From: Patescibacteria group bacterium
GTDB taxonomy: Bacteria > Patescibacteriota > Microgenomatia > UBA1400 > PJMF01
Length of the DNA: 64,000 nt
Reading direction: 5' to 3'
Assembly: GCA_045541795.1 (NCBI GenBank)
Contig: JAZQJV010000018.1
Coordinates: 37,857 to 101,856, forward strand
The notes beneath the pieces were generated by a model, which was given only the letters and a program-made list of their open reading frames with translations, had not been told where the DNA came from and made no database searches. This document shows, piece by piece, positions 43,508 to 53,094 of the stretch. The stretch's first letter is position 1. Each line of letters starts with the position of its first letter. Made by a program: the position numbers and the translations under genes.

Positions 43508-44281
43508 ATGACAGTAAAAAGGCCCAATACTTCCAGATATTTGTTCATTTGCGCTGCCTTTTTAGTAGTGGGGATAGGGTTTTTATTTTTCCGTCACGTC
43601 CGCCAGCAAAAAAAGATTCTTGGCGAGACGACTTGGCTAGCGCCAGAGGCTAGCAGCGAAGCGGTAGTCAGCGAAAGTCCAGACCTTGCAGCTGACAGTC
43701 CGAATCAGTCTCCAACTACCCGTCTGCTCGAGGAGCGACGCCGAGTGCTGTGTGATCAGACTGCTGGCGTATATGAGCTTATTTCTCGTGAGACTGTCGA
43801 CGCCAGCATAGTCACCGGCTATTATCGCCTGGATGTCTCGCCGGCACTGACCATTGCTGCGGCTACACGGATGACAATTGAGACTGATGGCGTCACGGAA
43901 ACTGTGGACTTGCCCGCGTCAACCCATACAAGTTATACTACCTATCAAAGCAGTGATGATGCTGGCTTGCAGGCGCGCACCTACAGCCTCCAGGGAGATG
44001 CCTGGGTGTATACAAGCAAACCTGTAAACGGTGAGGCACAAAAAATTCTCGGCCATCATTTGTGGGAGCTGGCAAGTTTACCAGAACCAGACGGCACCGA
44101 CCGCCTGACTGCGCCTGGCGTTGCAGGCGGCACTTACCAGTTTGAATTCCAAGACTTGCAGCTTACAAAAGTCATTTTTACCAGCGGTGATGGCCGTGCT
44201 CGTATGGAATATTTACCACTGGATGAAAAGCCGCAAACCCAATTCCCGCCAGAAATAGCCGCCAACGCGACCAGTTTATAG
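43508..44281 (+). CDS. Hypothetical N-terminally anchored extracytoplasmic protein
   Basis: An N-terminal TM (YLFICAAFLVVGIGFLFF) is present and no other motifs are recognisable. A hairpin ctcgcc-cggtga-ggcgag follows the stop. Confidence 0.35.
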   Translation: MTVKRPNTSRYLFICAAFLVVGIGFLFFRHVRQQKKILGETTWLAPEASSEAVVSESPDLAADSPNQSPTTRLLEERRRVLCDQTAGVYELISRETVDASIVTGYYRLDVSPALTIAAATRMTIETDGVTETVDLPASTHTSYTTYQSSDDAGLQARTYSLQGDAWVYTSKPVNGEAQKILGHHLWELASLPEPDGTDRLTAPGVAGGTYQFEFQDLQLTKVIFTSGDGRARMEYLPLDEKPQTQFPPEIAANATSL

Positions 44282-44336
44282 TCTGGTATACAAAAACTCG
44301 CCCGGTGAGGCGAGCCTTTGCATTCTAAGATGACCT

Positions 44337-44582
44337 TTAGACGCCGCCCTTGACCGTCTGTGCAATCAAAAGAATAAAGAGGAAAAACAAAGCTACACCG
44401 GCCCAAAAAAGCACTGTTGTAGGAAATTCCACCTCAAAAAGCGTCGTTGGCGCTTTACAGTTGGCCTCGTCCTTGACTTTGGAAGCCACCCGTACTTGTT
44501 TACTCTTAGCGGCCTTAGTGGCGGACTTCACGCCCGTCCGTTTTGCCGTCGTCTTTTTGGCACTACTTTTTGTTTTTGTCAT
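44337..44582 (-). CDS. Small tail-anchored protein with a Lys/Ala/Thr-rich basic N-terminus (histone H1-like composition) and a C-terminal TM
   Basis: MTKTKSSAKKTTAKRTGVKSATKAAKSKQ is followed by a hydrophobic C-terminus LFWAGVALFFLFILLIA. Confidence 0.35.
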   Translation of the reverse strand: MTKTKSSAKKTTAKRTGVKSATKAAKSKQVRVASKVKDEANCKAPTTLFEVEFPTTVLFWAGVALFFLFILLIAQTVKGGV

Positions 44583-44710
44583 ATACTGCCATTATAACAT
44601 AGTTATTAGAGCGTGTCAACGGCATTTTCGCAAACTGTCTAAATTGCTCGCCAAAACTGCATTTGTGGTGGTAAAATACGACTAGGATAAATGATATACA
44701 AGGAGAAATT

Positions 44711-46003
44711 ATGAAAATTGCCTCGATTAAAGCTCAGGAAATTCTTGATTCACGGGGAAATCCAACCGTCTATGCACAGTTGGCACTTGAGGATGGTACC
44801 TGTAGCGCTGCTGGCGTCCCTTCTGGCGCCTCCACCGGCTCGCATGAAGCCGTAGAGCTGCGTGATGGCGACAAAACTCGTTACTCCGGCAAAGGGGTAC
44901 TGCAAGCCGTCGCCAACGTCAATGATATTATTGCGCCCGCATTAGTCGGCCAAGACATTGAGGATCAAGCTGCTCTTGATGACCAAATGATTAATTTAGA
45001 CGGCACACCCAACAAAGCCAAACTTGGTGCCAATGCTATCCTGGCTGTCTCCATGAGTATCACTAAGGCTGCTGCCGCGCTCAAAAAAGTGCCGCTATAC
45101 CAGCACGTGGCTGAGCTTTTTGGCCAGTCGACTGATCACTATGTGCTACCCATCCCAATGATGAACGTTCTCAATGGTGGTAAGCACGCGATCAAATCCT
45201 CTGATATGCAAGAATTTATGCTTTTCCCGCTTGGTCGCCCCAGTATTGCTGAGGCTGTCCGTGCTGGTGCAGAAACTTTTCACGTACTCGGGGGACTCCT
45301 CAAAGATAGCGGTTTTGCTACCAGCGTGGGCGATGAGGGCGGTTATGCTCCTTCGCTGGGGACCAATGAAGCTCCGCTGCAATTAATGGTCGAAGCGATC
45401 GAAGCGGCTGGCTATCGGCCAGGAGTAGATATTGGTATCGCTCTTGATCCCGCCTCAAGCGAATTTTACGACGCTGACACTCGTACTTATAACTTAGCCA
45501 CCGAGGGAGTACGACTGACCAGCAGTGAGCTGACCGCCAAATACGCCGCTTGGTTGGATCGCTATCCGATCGTCTCTATCGAAGACGGTCTCGCCGAAGA
45601 TGACTGGGAAGGTTTCACCGCCCAAACGGCTCTGCTTGGTGACCGCTTGCAAATTGTCGGCGATGATCTTTTTGTCACCAATCCTGCCCGGCTCCAAAAG
45701 GGAATTGACTTGCACGCTGCCAACTCTATCCTCATCAAACTAAATCAAATTGGCACGGTCAGTGAAACGATTGCTGCCATCAAGCTTGCCAAAGCTCACG
45801 GCTACACAGCGGTGGTCTCTCATCGCTCCGGTGAGACGGCTGATACCTTTATCGCTGATTTCGTCGTCGGCGCGGGTACGGGTCAGATCAAGACCGGTTC
45901 GGCAAGCCGCAGCGAGCGGATCGCCAAATATAATCGCTTGATGATGATTGAAAGAGAACTTGGTGAACGGGCATCATTTGCCAAATTTCCGTTCACAAAA
46001 TAA
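44711..46003 (+). CDS. eno: Enolase
   Basis: IKAQEILDSRGNPTV, SGASTGSHEAVELRDGD and SHRSGETED-like SHRSGETAD are enolase signatures. An AAGGAGA RBS is present. Confidence 0.9.
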   Translation: MKIASIKAQEILDSRGNPTVYAQLALEDGTCSAAGVPSGASTGSHEAVELRDGDKTRYSGKGVLQAVANVNDIIAPALVGQDIEDQAALDDQMINLDGTPNKAKLGANAILAVSMSITKAAAALKKVPLYQHVAELFGQSTDHYVLPIPMMNVLNGGKHAIKSSDMQEFMLFPLGRPSIAEAVRAGAETFHVLGGLLKDSGFATSVGDEGGYAPSLGTNEAPLQLMVEAIEAAGYRPGVDIGIALDPASSEFYDADTRTYNLATEGVRLTSSELTAKYAAWLDRYPIVSIEDGLAEDDWEGFTAQTALLGDRLQIVGDDLFVTNPARLQKGIDLHAANSILIKLNQIGTVSETIAAIKLAKAHGYTAVVSHRSGETADTFIADFVVGAGTGQIKTGSASRSERIAKYNRLMMIERELGERASFAKFPFTK

Positions 46004-46061
46004 AACAAAAGTTACAAATTAACACATTTTGTTTTCGTTTGTTCATCAAAACCAGGCGAAA

Positions 46062-46094
46062 TTGTTAAACATTTGTTAAACATATGTTTAACAA
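46062..46094 (+). promoter_or_regulatory. Candidate operator upstream of gpmI: three 11-mers TTGTTAAACAT (two direct, one inverted), with the second and third forming a perfect 22-bp palindrome TTGTTAAACATATGTTTAACAA. A nearby direct repeat GTGAACAA occurs twice.
   Basis: Read directly. The reverse complement of 46073-46094 is identical to itself. Confidence 0.5.
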
Positions 46095-46148
46095 CAAATA
46101 TAGACAAAATGTGAACAATAATGTACACAAAAAGTGAACAAAGGAGTC

Positions 46149-47678
46149 ATGAAAAAATTTAATAAAGTTTTACTCGTGATTATGGACGGCTGGGGCATTG
46201 CTCCGGATGGTCCCGATAACGCCATCAGCGTCGCCCGTACTCCATTTTATGACCGATTGATGGCTACAGATTTATCAGCTACCTTGGCAGCTTCTGGTGA
46301 GGCCGTCGGCCTGCCGGCTGGCCAGATGGGCACATCCGAGGTCAATCATCTTACGATCGGTTCTGGTCGTGTAGTTTTCCAGGACTTGGTCAAAATTAAT
46401 AAAGCCATAGGCGATAAAAGCTTTTTCCACAATCAGGCTTTTATTAAGGCTTTCGAGCACGTCAAAAAGCATGGATCTACCCTCCATATCCAAGGTTTAC
46501 TCTCGCCTGGAGGTGTCCATTCTCACGAAAACCATATTTTTTCACTGTTACAAGCAGCCAAAGAGTACGGCCTGCAGCGTGTGTACTTGCACGTGTTTAC
46601 CGATGGCCGCGATACGCTACCGCAGACGGCCAAAAAATATGTGCACGAGCTAGAAGAATTTATGAAGAAAATCGGCATTGGTCAGATTGCTTCTATCTCA
46701 GGTCGTTATTATGCGATGGATCGTGATCACAACTGGGAGCGCACCGATAAAACCTTTGACGTCCTTTGCGGCAAAGCAGATAGTGCCCACCGCTTTCATT
46801 CCATTGAAGAAGCTATTGATTACAACTACGCTCACGGCCGTAGTGATGAGTTCATCGAACCAGCCTTGATTGAAATTAATCATGACGGCGAAGTTGGCTG
46901 CATTTCCACTCACGACGCTGTGATTTTTGCCAATTTCCGCAATGATCGCACCCGTCAGCTTACGGAGCGCATTCTTGACGTCAAAAAGAGCGAAGATCTG
47001 GAATTTGTCACCATGACTAAGTACAAGCCAGAATATCAGGTGCTAGTTGCCTTTGAACCAGAGGATCTGCGTGAGACTTTGGGAGAAGTCCTCTCGGCCG
47101 CCGGCAAAAAGCAACTCCGGGTGACAGAAACTGAAAAATTTGCTCATTTGACGTTCTTTTTTAATGCCAAACGCGAAGCCGCTTTTGAAGGCGAAGATCG
47201 GATGATGATTGATTCTTACTCAGACATTAAAACGCACGATCAAAAGCCATATATGCGCACGCCAGAAATTACCAGGCGCCTCTTGCAAGAACTTGGCGGT
47301 GGTTACTATGATTTCATCGCCACCAATTTGTGTAACGCTGATATGGTCGGGCACTCCGGCAAGATGGCTCCGACAATTGTAGGCATAGAAACGATAGATC
47401 AGGCACTCTCACAAATTGTGCCTGAAGCCATCAAAAACGGCTATCACGTGATTATCACTGCCGATCACGGCAATGCTGACGAAATGCGCGATCCGGACAC
47501 CGGCGAGCCCAAAACCTCCCACACCACCAATCCCGTACCATTTATCCTGGTAAGCCCAGATAAGAGTATCACTAGTCTTACTCATTACCAGGGTCTGCTC
47601 AGTGACATTGCCCCAACTATCCTCACACTGATGGATTTACCAGTGCCAAAGGCGATGACGGGTCGGTCGCTGGTGTAA
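46149..47678 (+). CDS. gpmI: 2,3-bisphosphoglycerate-independent phosphoglycerate mutase
   Basis: VLLVIMDGWGIAPDGPDNAI, SHEN/HxH metal motifs and ITADHGNAD are iPGM signatures. The start is at the ATG following AAGGAG (the ORF-track GTG at 46134 is rejected). Confidence 0.85.
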   Translation: MKKFNKVLLVIMDGWGIAPDGPDNAISVARTPFYDRLMATDLSATLAASGEAVGLPAGQMGTSEVNHLTIGSGRVVFQDLVKINKAIGDKSFFHNQAFIKAFEHVKKHGSTLHIQGLLSPGGVHSHENHIFSLLQAAKEYGLQRVYLHVFTDGRDTLPQTAKKYVHELEEFMKKIGIGQIASISGRYYAMDRDHNWERTDKTFDVLCGKADSAHRFHSIEEAIDYNYAHGRSDEFIEPALIEINHDGEVGCISTHDAVIFANFRNDRTRQLTERILDVKKSEDLEFVTMTKYKPEYQVLVAFEPEDLRETLGEVLSAAGKKQLRVTETEKFAHLTFFFNAKREAAFEGEDRMMIDSYSDIKTHDQKPYMRTPEITRRLLQELGGGYYDFIATNLCNADMVGHSGKMAPTIVGIETIDQALSQIVPEAIKNGYHVIITADHGNADEMRDPDTGEPKTSHTTNPVPFILVSPDKSITSLTHYQGLLSDIAPTILTLMDLPVPKAMTGRSLV

Positions 47679-47732
47679 TTGCTAGCGCTAAAATGACTAG
47701 TTTGTGGTATAATAGGGAAAAAGGAGCCGGAT

Positions 47733-48197
47733 ATGAACGAAAACAAACAACTTATCATCGTCGCTGTTTTATCAGCACTGGCAATATTTTTAGGTATTGG
47801 TGGCGGCTGGTTGCTCCGTGGGACTGGCACTACTCGCAGTGGCGGTGCTAGTGTGGACGGTGATGAACCCGTTGCGGTGACGGCTACAGTGGCTTCTGAT
47901 GTTTCTGCCATCAAAAAGGGCGATGTTTTTGGTAGCAGTAATCCTGATGATTTTGTCGATAGTGCTCAAGGTTATCTGCAAGCCGGTGGCGCTCATGGAG
48001 AGGGTTCTCACGCGCTACTGCGCCAAGGTGGCGCCAGTCAGACAGTATATTTGACGTCTTCCGTCACTGACCTTGATAAATTTGTCGGCATGGACATCCG
48101 CGTCTGGGGAGAAACATTTTCTGGTCAGTCCGTGGGTTGGCTCATGGATGTAGGACGAGTAGAAGTGATCAATCCCCAAGGTACCGATCCAAGTTAA
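47733..48197 (+). CDS. Hypothetical N-terminally anchored secreted protein
   Basis: A TM/signal (LIIVAVLSALAIFLGIGGGWLL) is followed by a Gly/Ser-rich linker. It is preceded by TGGTATAAT and an AAGGAG RBS. Confidence 0.4.
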   Translation: MNENKQLIIVAVLSALAIFLGIGGGWLLRGTGTTRSGGASVDGDEPVAVTATVASDVSAIKKGDVFGSSNPDDFVDSAQGYLQAGGAHGEGSHALLRQGGASQTVYLTSSVTDLDKFVGMDIRVWGETFSGQSVGWLMDVGRVEVINPQGTDPS

Positions 48198-48203
48198 GGC
48201 TAT

Positions 48204-48518
48204 ATGTTGGGTTTAGATACCAAGCCACAATTCATCAAATATCGGCTCTGGAATAACCGTCGCCCAATCACAGTGGTTTTTGCCGATGGCGAAGTCTGGC
48301 TCAATCAAAACCAAGTGGCCGAGCTTTACAAATTACAATTGTCTACTGTTAATGAACACTTACGCAAAATCACCGTGAGCGATGGCCCTTATCCTGCTAA
48401 GCACTATGCTCGGCGTTTCCGCACTCCGGGCAAAGACGGTAAACTGTATGAAGTCTGGCACTATCGTCTGGAGGCGGTGGAAGCATTAAGCAGCCGTACC
48501 CGCAAGAGTTCGCTTTAA
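48204..48518 (+). pseudogene. Truncated RhuM-family (virulence-protein RhuM-like) gene: only the N-terminal ~100 aa remain
   Basis: GEVWLNQNQVAELYKLQLSTVNEHLRKI and RFRTPGKDGKLYEVWHYRLEAV match the conserved N-terminal RhuM blocks. Full-length RhuM proteins are about 330 aa. The ORF ends 2 nt before the convergent ABC gene. Confidence 0.5.
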
Positions 48519-48520
48519 AA

Positions 48521-49282
48521 CTATTTTTTTTCTTTACTCGTGACGCCTTGCGCTGCTTGATAAAGCGGCAAGATCTTACTTGTGTTGCCGAACTTTTTAA
48601 TTTGTCCGTGGTCCAGCCAAAGGCATTTATCAGTTAAATTGGCGACGCTCGTTAGATTATGACTGACTATCAACACTGTCCGCCCCTCATCGCGTACCAG
48701 CTGTCTCACTTTGTCAAGACTTTTTTTCTGGAAGGCGCTGTCGCCCACACTGAGCACCTCATCAATAATCATTATTTCACTGGCCAAAAATGCACTAATG
48801 GAAAAGGCTAAGCGGGTGTACATGCCAGACGAATAATATTTTACCGGATCATCCAAAAAATTTGCGACGCCAGAAAACTCCACGATTTCGGCAAAATGCG
48901 CATCTATCTCAGCCTTACTCATTCCTAAAATCGTGCCATTTAAATAAATGTTTTCGCGGCCCGAAAGCTCAGGATGAAATCCCGTGCCCACTTCAAGCAT
49001 TGAAGCTACACGTCCGCGTAGTATCGCTTGGCCAGTGGTCGGCCTGGTCACTTTAGACAAGATTTTAAAAAGCGTACTTTTACCAGCGCCATTGTGACCA
49101 ATTACACCTAGCACTTGCCCTTCCTCCAAACTAAAACTGATATTTTGCAGCGCCCAAAACTCATGTCGAGGCACTTGTCGGCCCAGCGTCAAGAGTTTTT
49201 CCCGCAGTGTGGGAAAACTAGGCTCTAAGCCCGTTCGCTTGTAATAACGCTTGCCGATACCGTCTACCTCAATCATTTTCAT
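48521..49282 (-). CDS. ABC transporter ATP-binding protein of polysaccharide/teichoic-acid exporters (TagH/Wzt-like)
   Basis: GHNGAGKSTLFKIL (Walker A), YSSGMYTRLAFS (signature) and IMIIDEVLSVGD (Walker B) are present. Confidence 0.8.
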   Translation of the reverse strand: MKMIEVDGIGKRYYKRTGLEPSFPTLREKLLTLGRQVPRHEFWALQNISFSLEEGQVLGVIGHNGAGKSTLFKILSKVTRPTTGQAILRGRVASMLEVGTGFHPELSGRENIYLNGTILGMSKAEIDAHFAEIVEFSGVANFLDDPVKYYSSGMYTRLAFSISAFLASEIMIIDEVLSVGDSAFQKKSLDKVRQLVRDEGRTVLIVSHNLTSVANLTDKCLWLDHGQIKKFGNTSKILPLYQAAQGVTSKEKK

Positions 49283-49283
49283 A

Positions 49284-50111
49284 TTATGCCCGGTCTATCA
49301 AGTCTGATTCTTTGCGGCGGAAAAAAGCTAGGCCAGCGGCCGCCACCGCCACACCCAGTATCAGCTGTAAGCCCCAAGCCCACAGATCAATCTGCCCAGT
49401 CAAAAGTCCTGCTCGCACAAATTCCAGGATCCCTGTCACCGGATTGAGGTGAGCAATGAGCTCTAGTTTTCCTGATAAAAGCCCCCGGTCATAAAAAACC
49501 GGAGTGAGGTAAAACCAAATTTGCACTATAAATGGTACTAAGTGCCGGACGTCACGGTACATCACGCTCAGCGCCGAAGTGATCAGGCCCAGGCCTGCCG
49601 CCCACAAGAAAATGTTGACAGTCCCTAAGATGTAAGCTACTATACCGATACTTGTCGGCCACACGTGCTGCCAGCACATCGCCGCGATTAAAAATATCGT
49701 CCCGATACCGTAATCAAAAAGCTGACGAAAGACTATCGTGAGTGGGATATAAGCACGCGGGAAGTAAATTTTCCTGATAATCCCAGCTTGCTCATATACG
49801 CTTCCGCTGGCTGCCCCGATACAGCTAGAAAAAAACTGCCAGAGAGTAAAACCAGTAAGAGTACTCAGCAAATAATTGCTGTCATTGTTACTATTAAACA
49901 CTCGTGCGAGCACCAGCGTAAAAATCAAAGTGGATAGCGCCGGCTGTAGCACCACCCAAATCACTCCCAAAAAAGTATTTTTATAACGCACACGTAAATC
50001 TCTTTTGACCAAAGCCCAAAGAAGCGCTCGTCGTGACCATAACTCCGCCAAGCCCAAATCGCCAAAACTGCGTTTACTGGTGATTATTTCTTGGTAGCCA
50101 CGTGTGTGCAT
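49284..50111 (-). CDS. ABC-2 type exporter permease (TagG/Wzm-like)
   Basis: Six TM helices in an ABC-2 arrangement, and operonic position with the ATPase. Confidence 0.7.
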   Translation of the reverse strand: MHTRGYQEIITSKRSFGDLGLAELWSRRALLWALVKRDLRVRYKNTFLGVIWVVLQPALSTLIFTLVLARVFNSNNDSNYLLSTLTGFTLWQFFSSCIGAASGSVYEQAGIIRKIYFPRAYIPLTIVFRQLFDYGIGTIFLIAAMCWQHVWPTSIGIVAYILGTVNIFLWAAGLGLITSALSVMYRDVRHLVPFIVQIWFYLTPVFYDRGLLSGKLELIAHLNPVTGILEFVRAGLLTGQIDLWAWGLQLILGVAVAAAGLAFFRRKESDLIDRA

Positions 50112-50130
50112 ATTGCTGATTATATCATAC

Positions 50131-50721
50131 TTAGGTAGTTTTTGGCGGGCGCATGTGAATTCCTGTCTGTCTGCCGACCAAAAGATACCACCAAATCCCG
50201 GAAATAATTACCAAGCAACCAGTCAGCACCGGTGTAAACAAAAAGTGCGCGAACCGGAAAAACAAAAAGCTCGCGCTGCTGATAGCTACCCATGTTCCCC
50301 AGGCGGGTTTTTGGAAAAGATAAGTCACCACTGACCAGTTAGCGCCAGCGAGTAGTAATTGCACTAGTAAATATGAATCCGGGAAAAGCCAATTGGCAAA
50401 AACCGCCGGATCCGTGCGGCGCACTAACATGTAAAGCAGGCTGTAAAAAAAGATTCCCAAAATCAAAAGTGGTGACGTCCGGTAATAATTACCCCAAAAA
50501 CTTTTTTTGGCCGTCGCTTGCGCTTCTTCATTATTAAGCGCTGCACTCCTCTCTCTAACTGTCACTGCTTCCGGTGTGATTGGCCTATTCTTTTGTTCTC
50601 TCCTAAGCACAGGCGTGCGCACTAGCCTCCTGGAGACATTCGTCGGCGCAGGCGCCTGCTCACTCACCTCCGTGGTCAAATGTCTTTTCACTGGACTAAT
50701 TTCTACCACCTCACTCATCAC
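50131..50721 (-). CDS. Hypothetical membrane protein
   Basis: A Pro/Thr-rich cytoplasmic N-terminus is followed by about 4 TM helices. Confidence 0.35.
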   Translation of the reverse strand: MMSEVVEISPVKRHLTTEVSEQAPAPTNVSRRLVRTPVLRREQKNRPITPEAVTVRERSAALNNEEAQATAKKSFWGNYYRTSPLLILGIFFYSLLYMLVRRTDPAVFANWLFPDSYLLVQLLLAGANWSVVTYLFQKPAWGTWVAISSASFLFFRFAHFLFTPVLTGCLVIISGIWWYLLVGRQTGIHMRPPKTT

Positions 50722-51065
50722 TGATTTTCTATGCCGCGGAATTTTTGCGGCTGCTTATTATTACTGCGTGTAGGCTTGATTTTGCTCTTGCGGGCGACTT
50801 TTGGCGTTTTGGCGTCACTTAGTAATTCTTTGCGGATCTGCATTAGCCACTCGTAAAGACTAAAATCTGCCCCGATCAGACGTTTGCTCTCGCGTAGTCT
50901 GTCACATGTTTCCTGCCAGTCATGCTCAATCTCGCGGCTTACTTGTCGGCCTTCAGGCGTATGTTTGATGAAATAATCAAAAAGTGCCAAAAGCTCAGCT
51001 AAATTCTCGCCGTTATCACGTGCATTTTCCAGCTGCTGGTCAATGTTTTCTACGTTGACTTCCAT
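50718..51065 (-). CDS. Hypothetical protein (YtxH-like position next to a DUF948-like gene)
   Basis: A charged, helical protein that is operonic with 51065..51334. Confidence 0.3.
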   Translation of the reverse strand: MEVNVENIDQQLENARDNGENLAELLALFDYFIKHTPEGRQVSREIEHDWQETCDRLRESKRLIGADFSLYEWLMQIRKELLSDAKTPKVARKSKIKPTRSNNKQPQKFRGIENQ

Positions 51066-51334
51066 TATTTACGTTTTTTCAGCCACAGTGAAAACGCGTC
51101 AAAAGCCTTCATTCCTCCGGCCACGCCAGAAGCCAAACTGCCGAGCGTTCGGATAGGATTCACCAATAAATCCAATTTTTCGTCCGCATTCTTTATCAAA
51201 TGATCGCCACTGACTAAAAGTCGACGCGCATCTTTGATCAGCAAAAAAAGCTGGACGCCAAGCACCACCAATACTACGGCCACAACAGTCATGACTACTA
51301 TCAATACAATTGGGACAACTTGATCTGGACTCAT
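51065..51334 (-). CDS. Small N-terminally anchored protein, DUF948-like
   Basis: An N-terminal TM (PIVLIVVMTVVAVVLVVLGVQLFLLI) is followed by a helical domain. Confidence 0.35.
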   Translation of the reverse strand: MSPDQVVPIVLIVVMTVVAVVLVVLGVQLFLLIKDARRLLVSGDHLIKNADEKLDLLVNPIRTLGSLASGVAGGMKAFDAFSLWLKKRK

Positions 51335-51355
51335 CAGGTTCTTTCCTTGTACTTA

Positions 51356-51796
51356 TTATTTCGCCAGTAAACGCTCTACTGCTGCTTTTACCCGCGCTCC
51401 GTCACACTGACCGGCAACTTGTTTCATCACTTGTCCCACCAAACGGCCACTATTGCTTGTATCGCTGGCTTCAGCAATGATCTTTTTGACTACTTCATCC
51501 AATTGTGCTTCGCTTAATTGCTGCGGTAAGTACTTCTCCATTACTTGGATTTTTGCCTTTTCTTGCGCGGCGAGGTCACTGCGACCGGCAGCTTCAAACT
51601 CATTTACTGCCTCTTTAGATTTTTTGACTTGTGAAGCAATGATTTTTTGCAGATCGCCATCCGTATTGCCAGCTCCATCTATTTGCGCGTTTTGGATGGT
51701 GGAGCGCAAAAAACGGATCACTTGCAGTGTCTCCATGTCATGCGCTTTCATCGCCGTCTTCATGTCATCCATCAGTTGTGCTTCTAGTGTCATCAT
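51356..51796 (-). CDS. GatB/YqeY domain protein
   Basis: LEAQLMDDMKTAMKAHDMETLQVIRFLRSTIQNAQID matches the YqeY family. Confidence 0.7.
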   Translation of the reverse strand: MMTLEAQLMDDMKTAMKAHDMETLQVIRFLRSTIQNAQIDGAGNTDGDLQKIIASQVKKSKEAVNEFEAAGRSDLAAQEKAKIQVMEKYLPQQLSEAQLDEVVKKIIAEASDTSNSGRLVGQVMKQVAGQCDGARVKAAVERLLAK

Positions 51797-51825
51797 TTCT
51801 TTCTAATTATTTGCAATTATCCATA

Positions 51826-53094
51826 TTATACACCTTTTTTGGGCAAAACTCGCCTGTGTTTGTAGGCTAAACGCAACCCGGATATAATTAAGTAAATACT
51901 CACCGGGGCTAAAGTGATCAGCTGCTGAGTAAAATGGAGCTGCTCGGTGTGCTCGCCGATCCACAAAAAAGGTACGTATCGAAGCATCGCGCTTAGTGAC
52001 AAAATGTAAAACGCCATCACTGACATTTTTGCCCGTGCCAAAGGTACAAAGATTAGCGCCCAAGACAAATACCACGGATGAAAACGTTGGGCGCGACTGG
52101 TTAAAAGCGGTAGGAACATTGCGACGGCGCATAGATCAAAAAAGTATTTATCAACCCATAAAAACAAAGTGCGCACTTTTGGGATCAGTACTTTCGAGTT
52201 TTTAAGCAGCCGACTACATAATTCCTCGATTTTGCTGCCAAGAATTAAGTACAACCAAGCCGGTAATAATGCGAGCGTCGCATATTTGATGGAGAGAGAA
52301 AAAATTAAGCACAAAGCAGAAACGACCATAGTTTTGAGCGTTTTTTTGTGTCCGCGCGGATAGAGCAAAAATACTGACCATAAAGCTGGCAGCATCATCC
52401 ATAAATCATTATGGATATTACCGATAATTTCAATCAACACCAAAGGACTAAGGCAAAACAGCCACCAAGCGTCATTATCTCGCTCAGGATAAATTTTGCG
52501 CACGCCATAAATAAGGCAATATGCGACCGCAATTAATAAGACTACATTAAAAAGGCGAAAACTCCACCATGACAAGCTAAATTTCCCCATGCCTAGCGCC
52601 AACGGCAACAGTGATACCCCAGTCCAACCGTAACCATAAGGAGCAGGAGTGTGCACATTGTGCATAAAACGAGTCCAGTCGTCAGCCTGATAATCCAAAG
52701 CCGTCTTTACATGAGGATTATCATGATACACGCTCACTATTTTGGCATTAAAAAGATAATTAAATACATCACTGGATAAAGCATTATACGCAAAAAGCAG
52801 CGGTATTATGGCCGGCAAGATGGTAAATAACACTGACCATCGACCAATTGTTTTTGCTGGGGTCATTTTTTTGGCCAAGGCCACAAATACCAAAAATAAC
52901 AAACCGATGATGACAGCATAAATTAGCGCCCCTTGCGGACGATGCATACTAAAATATGTAGTCAGCCAATTTTGTATCGCCACGTAATTTTCCTGGGTGC
53001 TAAAATATAAATTGGGATTAACCAGCAGCCACGACCACACGGAGTAAGCCCACAGGAGTAAACTATAAATAATAATCAATCCATATTTTTTCAT
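51826..53094 (-). CDS. Polytopic membrane protein, probable GT-C-fold glycosyltransferase
   Basis: More than 10 TM helices. It is operonic with GT2 and GT-C genes. Confidence 0.45.
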   Translation of the reverse strand: MKKYGLIIIYSLLLWAYSVWSWLLVNPNLYFSTQENYVAIQNWLTTYFSMHRPQGALIYAVIIGLLFLVFVALAKKMTPAKTIGRWSVLFTILPAIIPLLFAYNALSSDVFNYLFNAKIVSVYHDNPHVKTALDYQADDWTRFMHNVHTPAPYGYGWTGVSLLPLALGMGKFSLSWWSFRLFNVVLLIAVAYCLIYGVRKIYPERDNDAWWLFCLSPLVLIEIIGNIHNDLWMMLPALWSVFLLYPRGHKKTLKTMVVSALCLIFSLSIKYATLALLPAWLYLILGSKIEELCSRLLKNSKVLIPKVRTLFLWVDKYFFDLCAVAMFLPLLTSRAQRFHPWYLSWALIFVPLARAKMSVMAFYILSLSAMLRYVPFLWIGEHTEQLHFTQQLITLAPVSIYLIISGLRLAYKHRRVLPKKGV

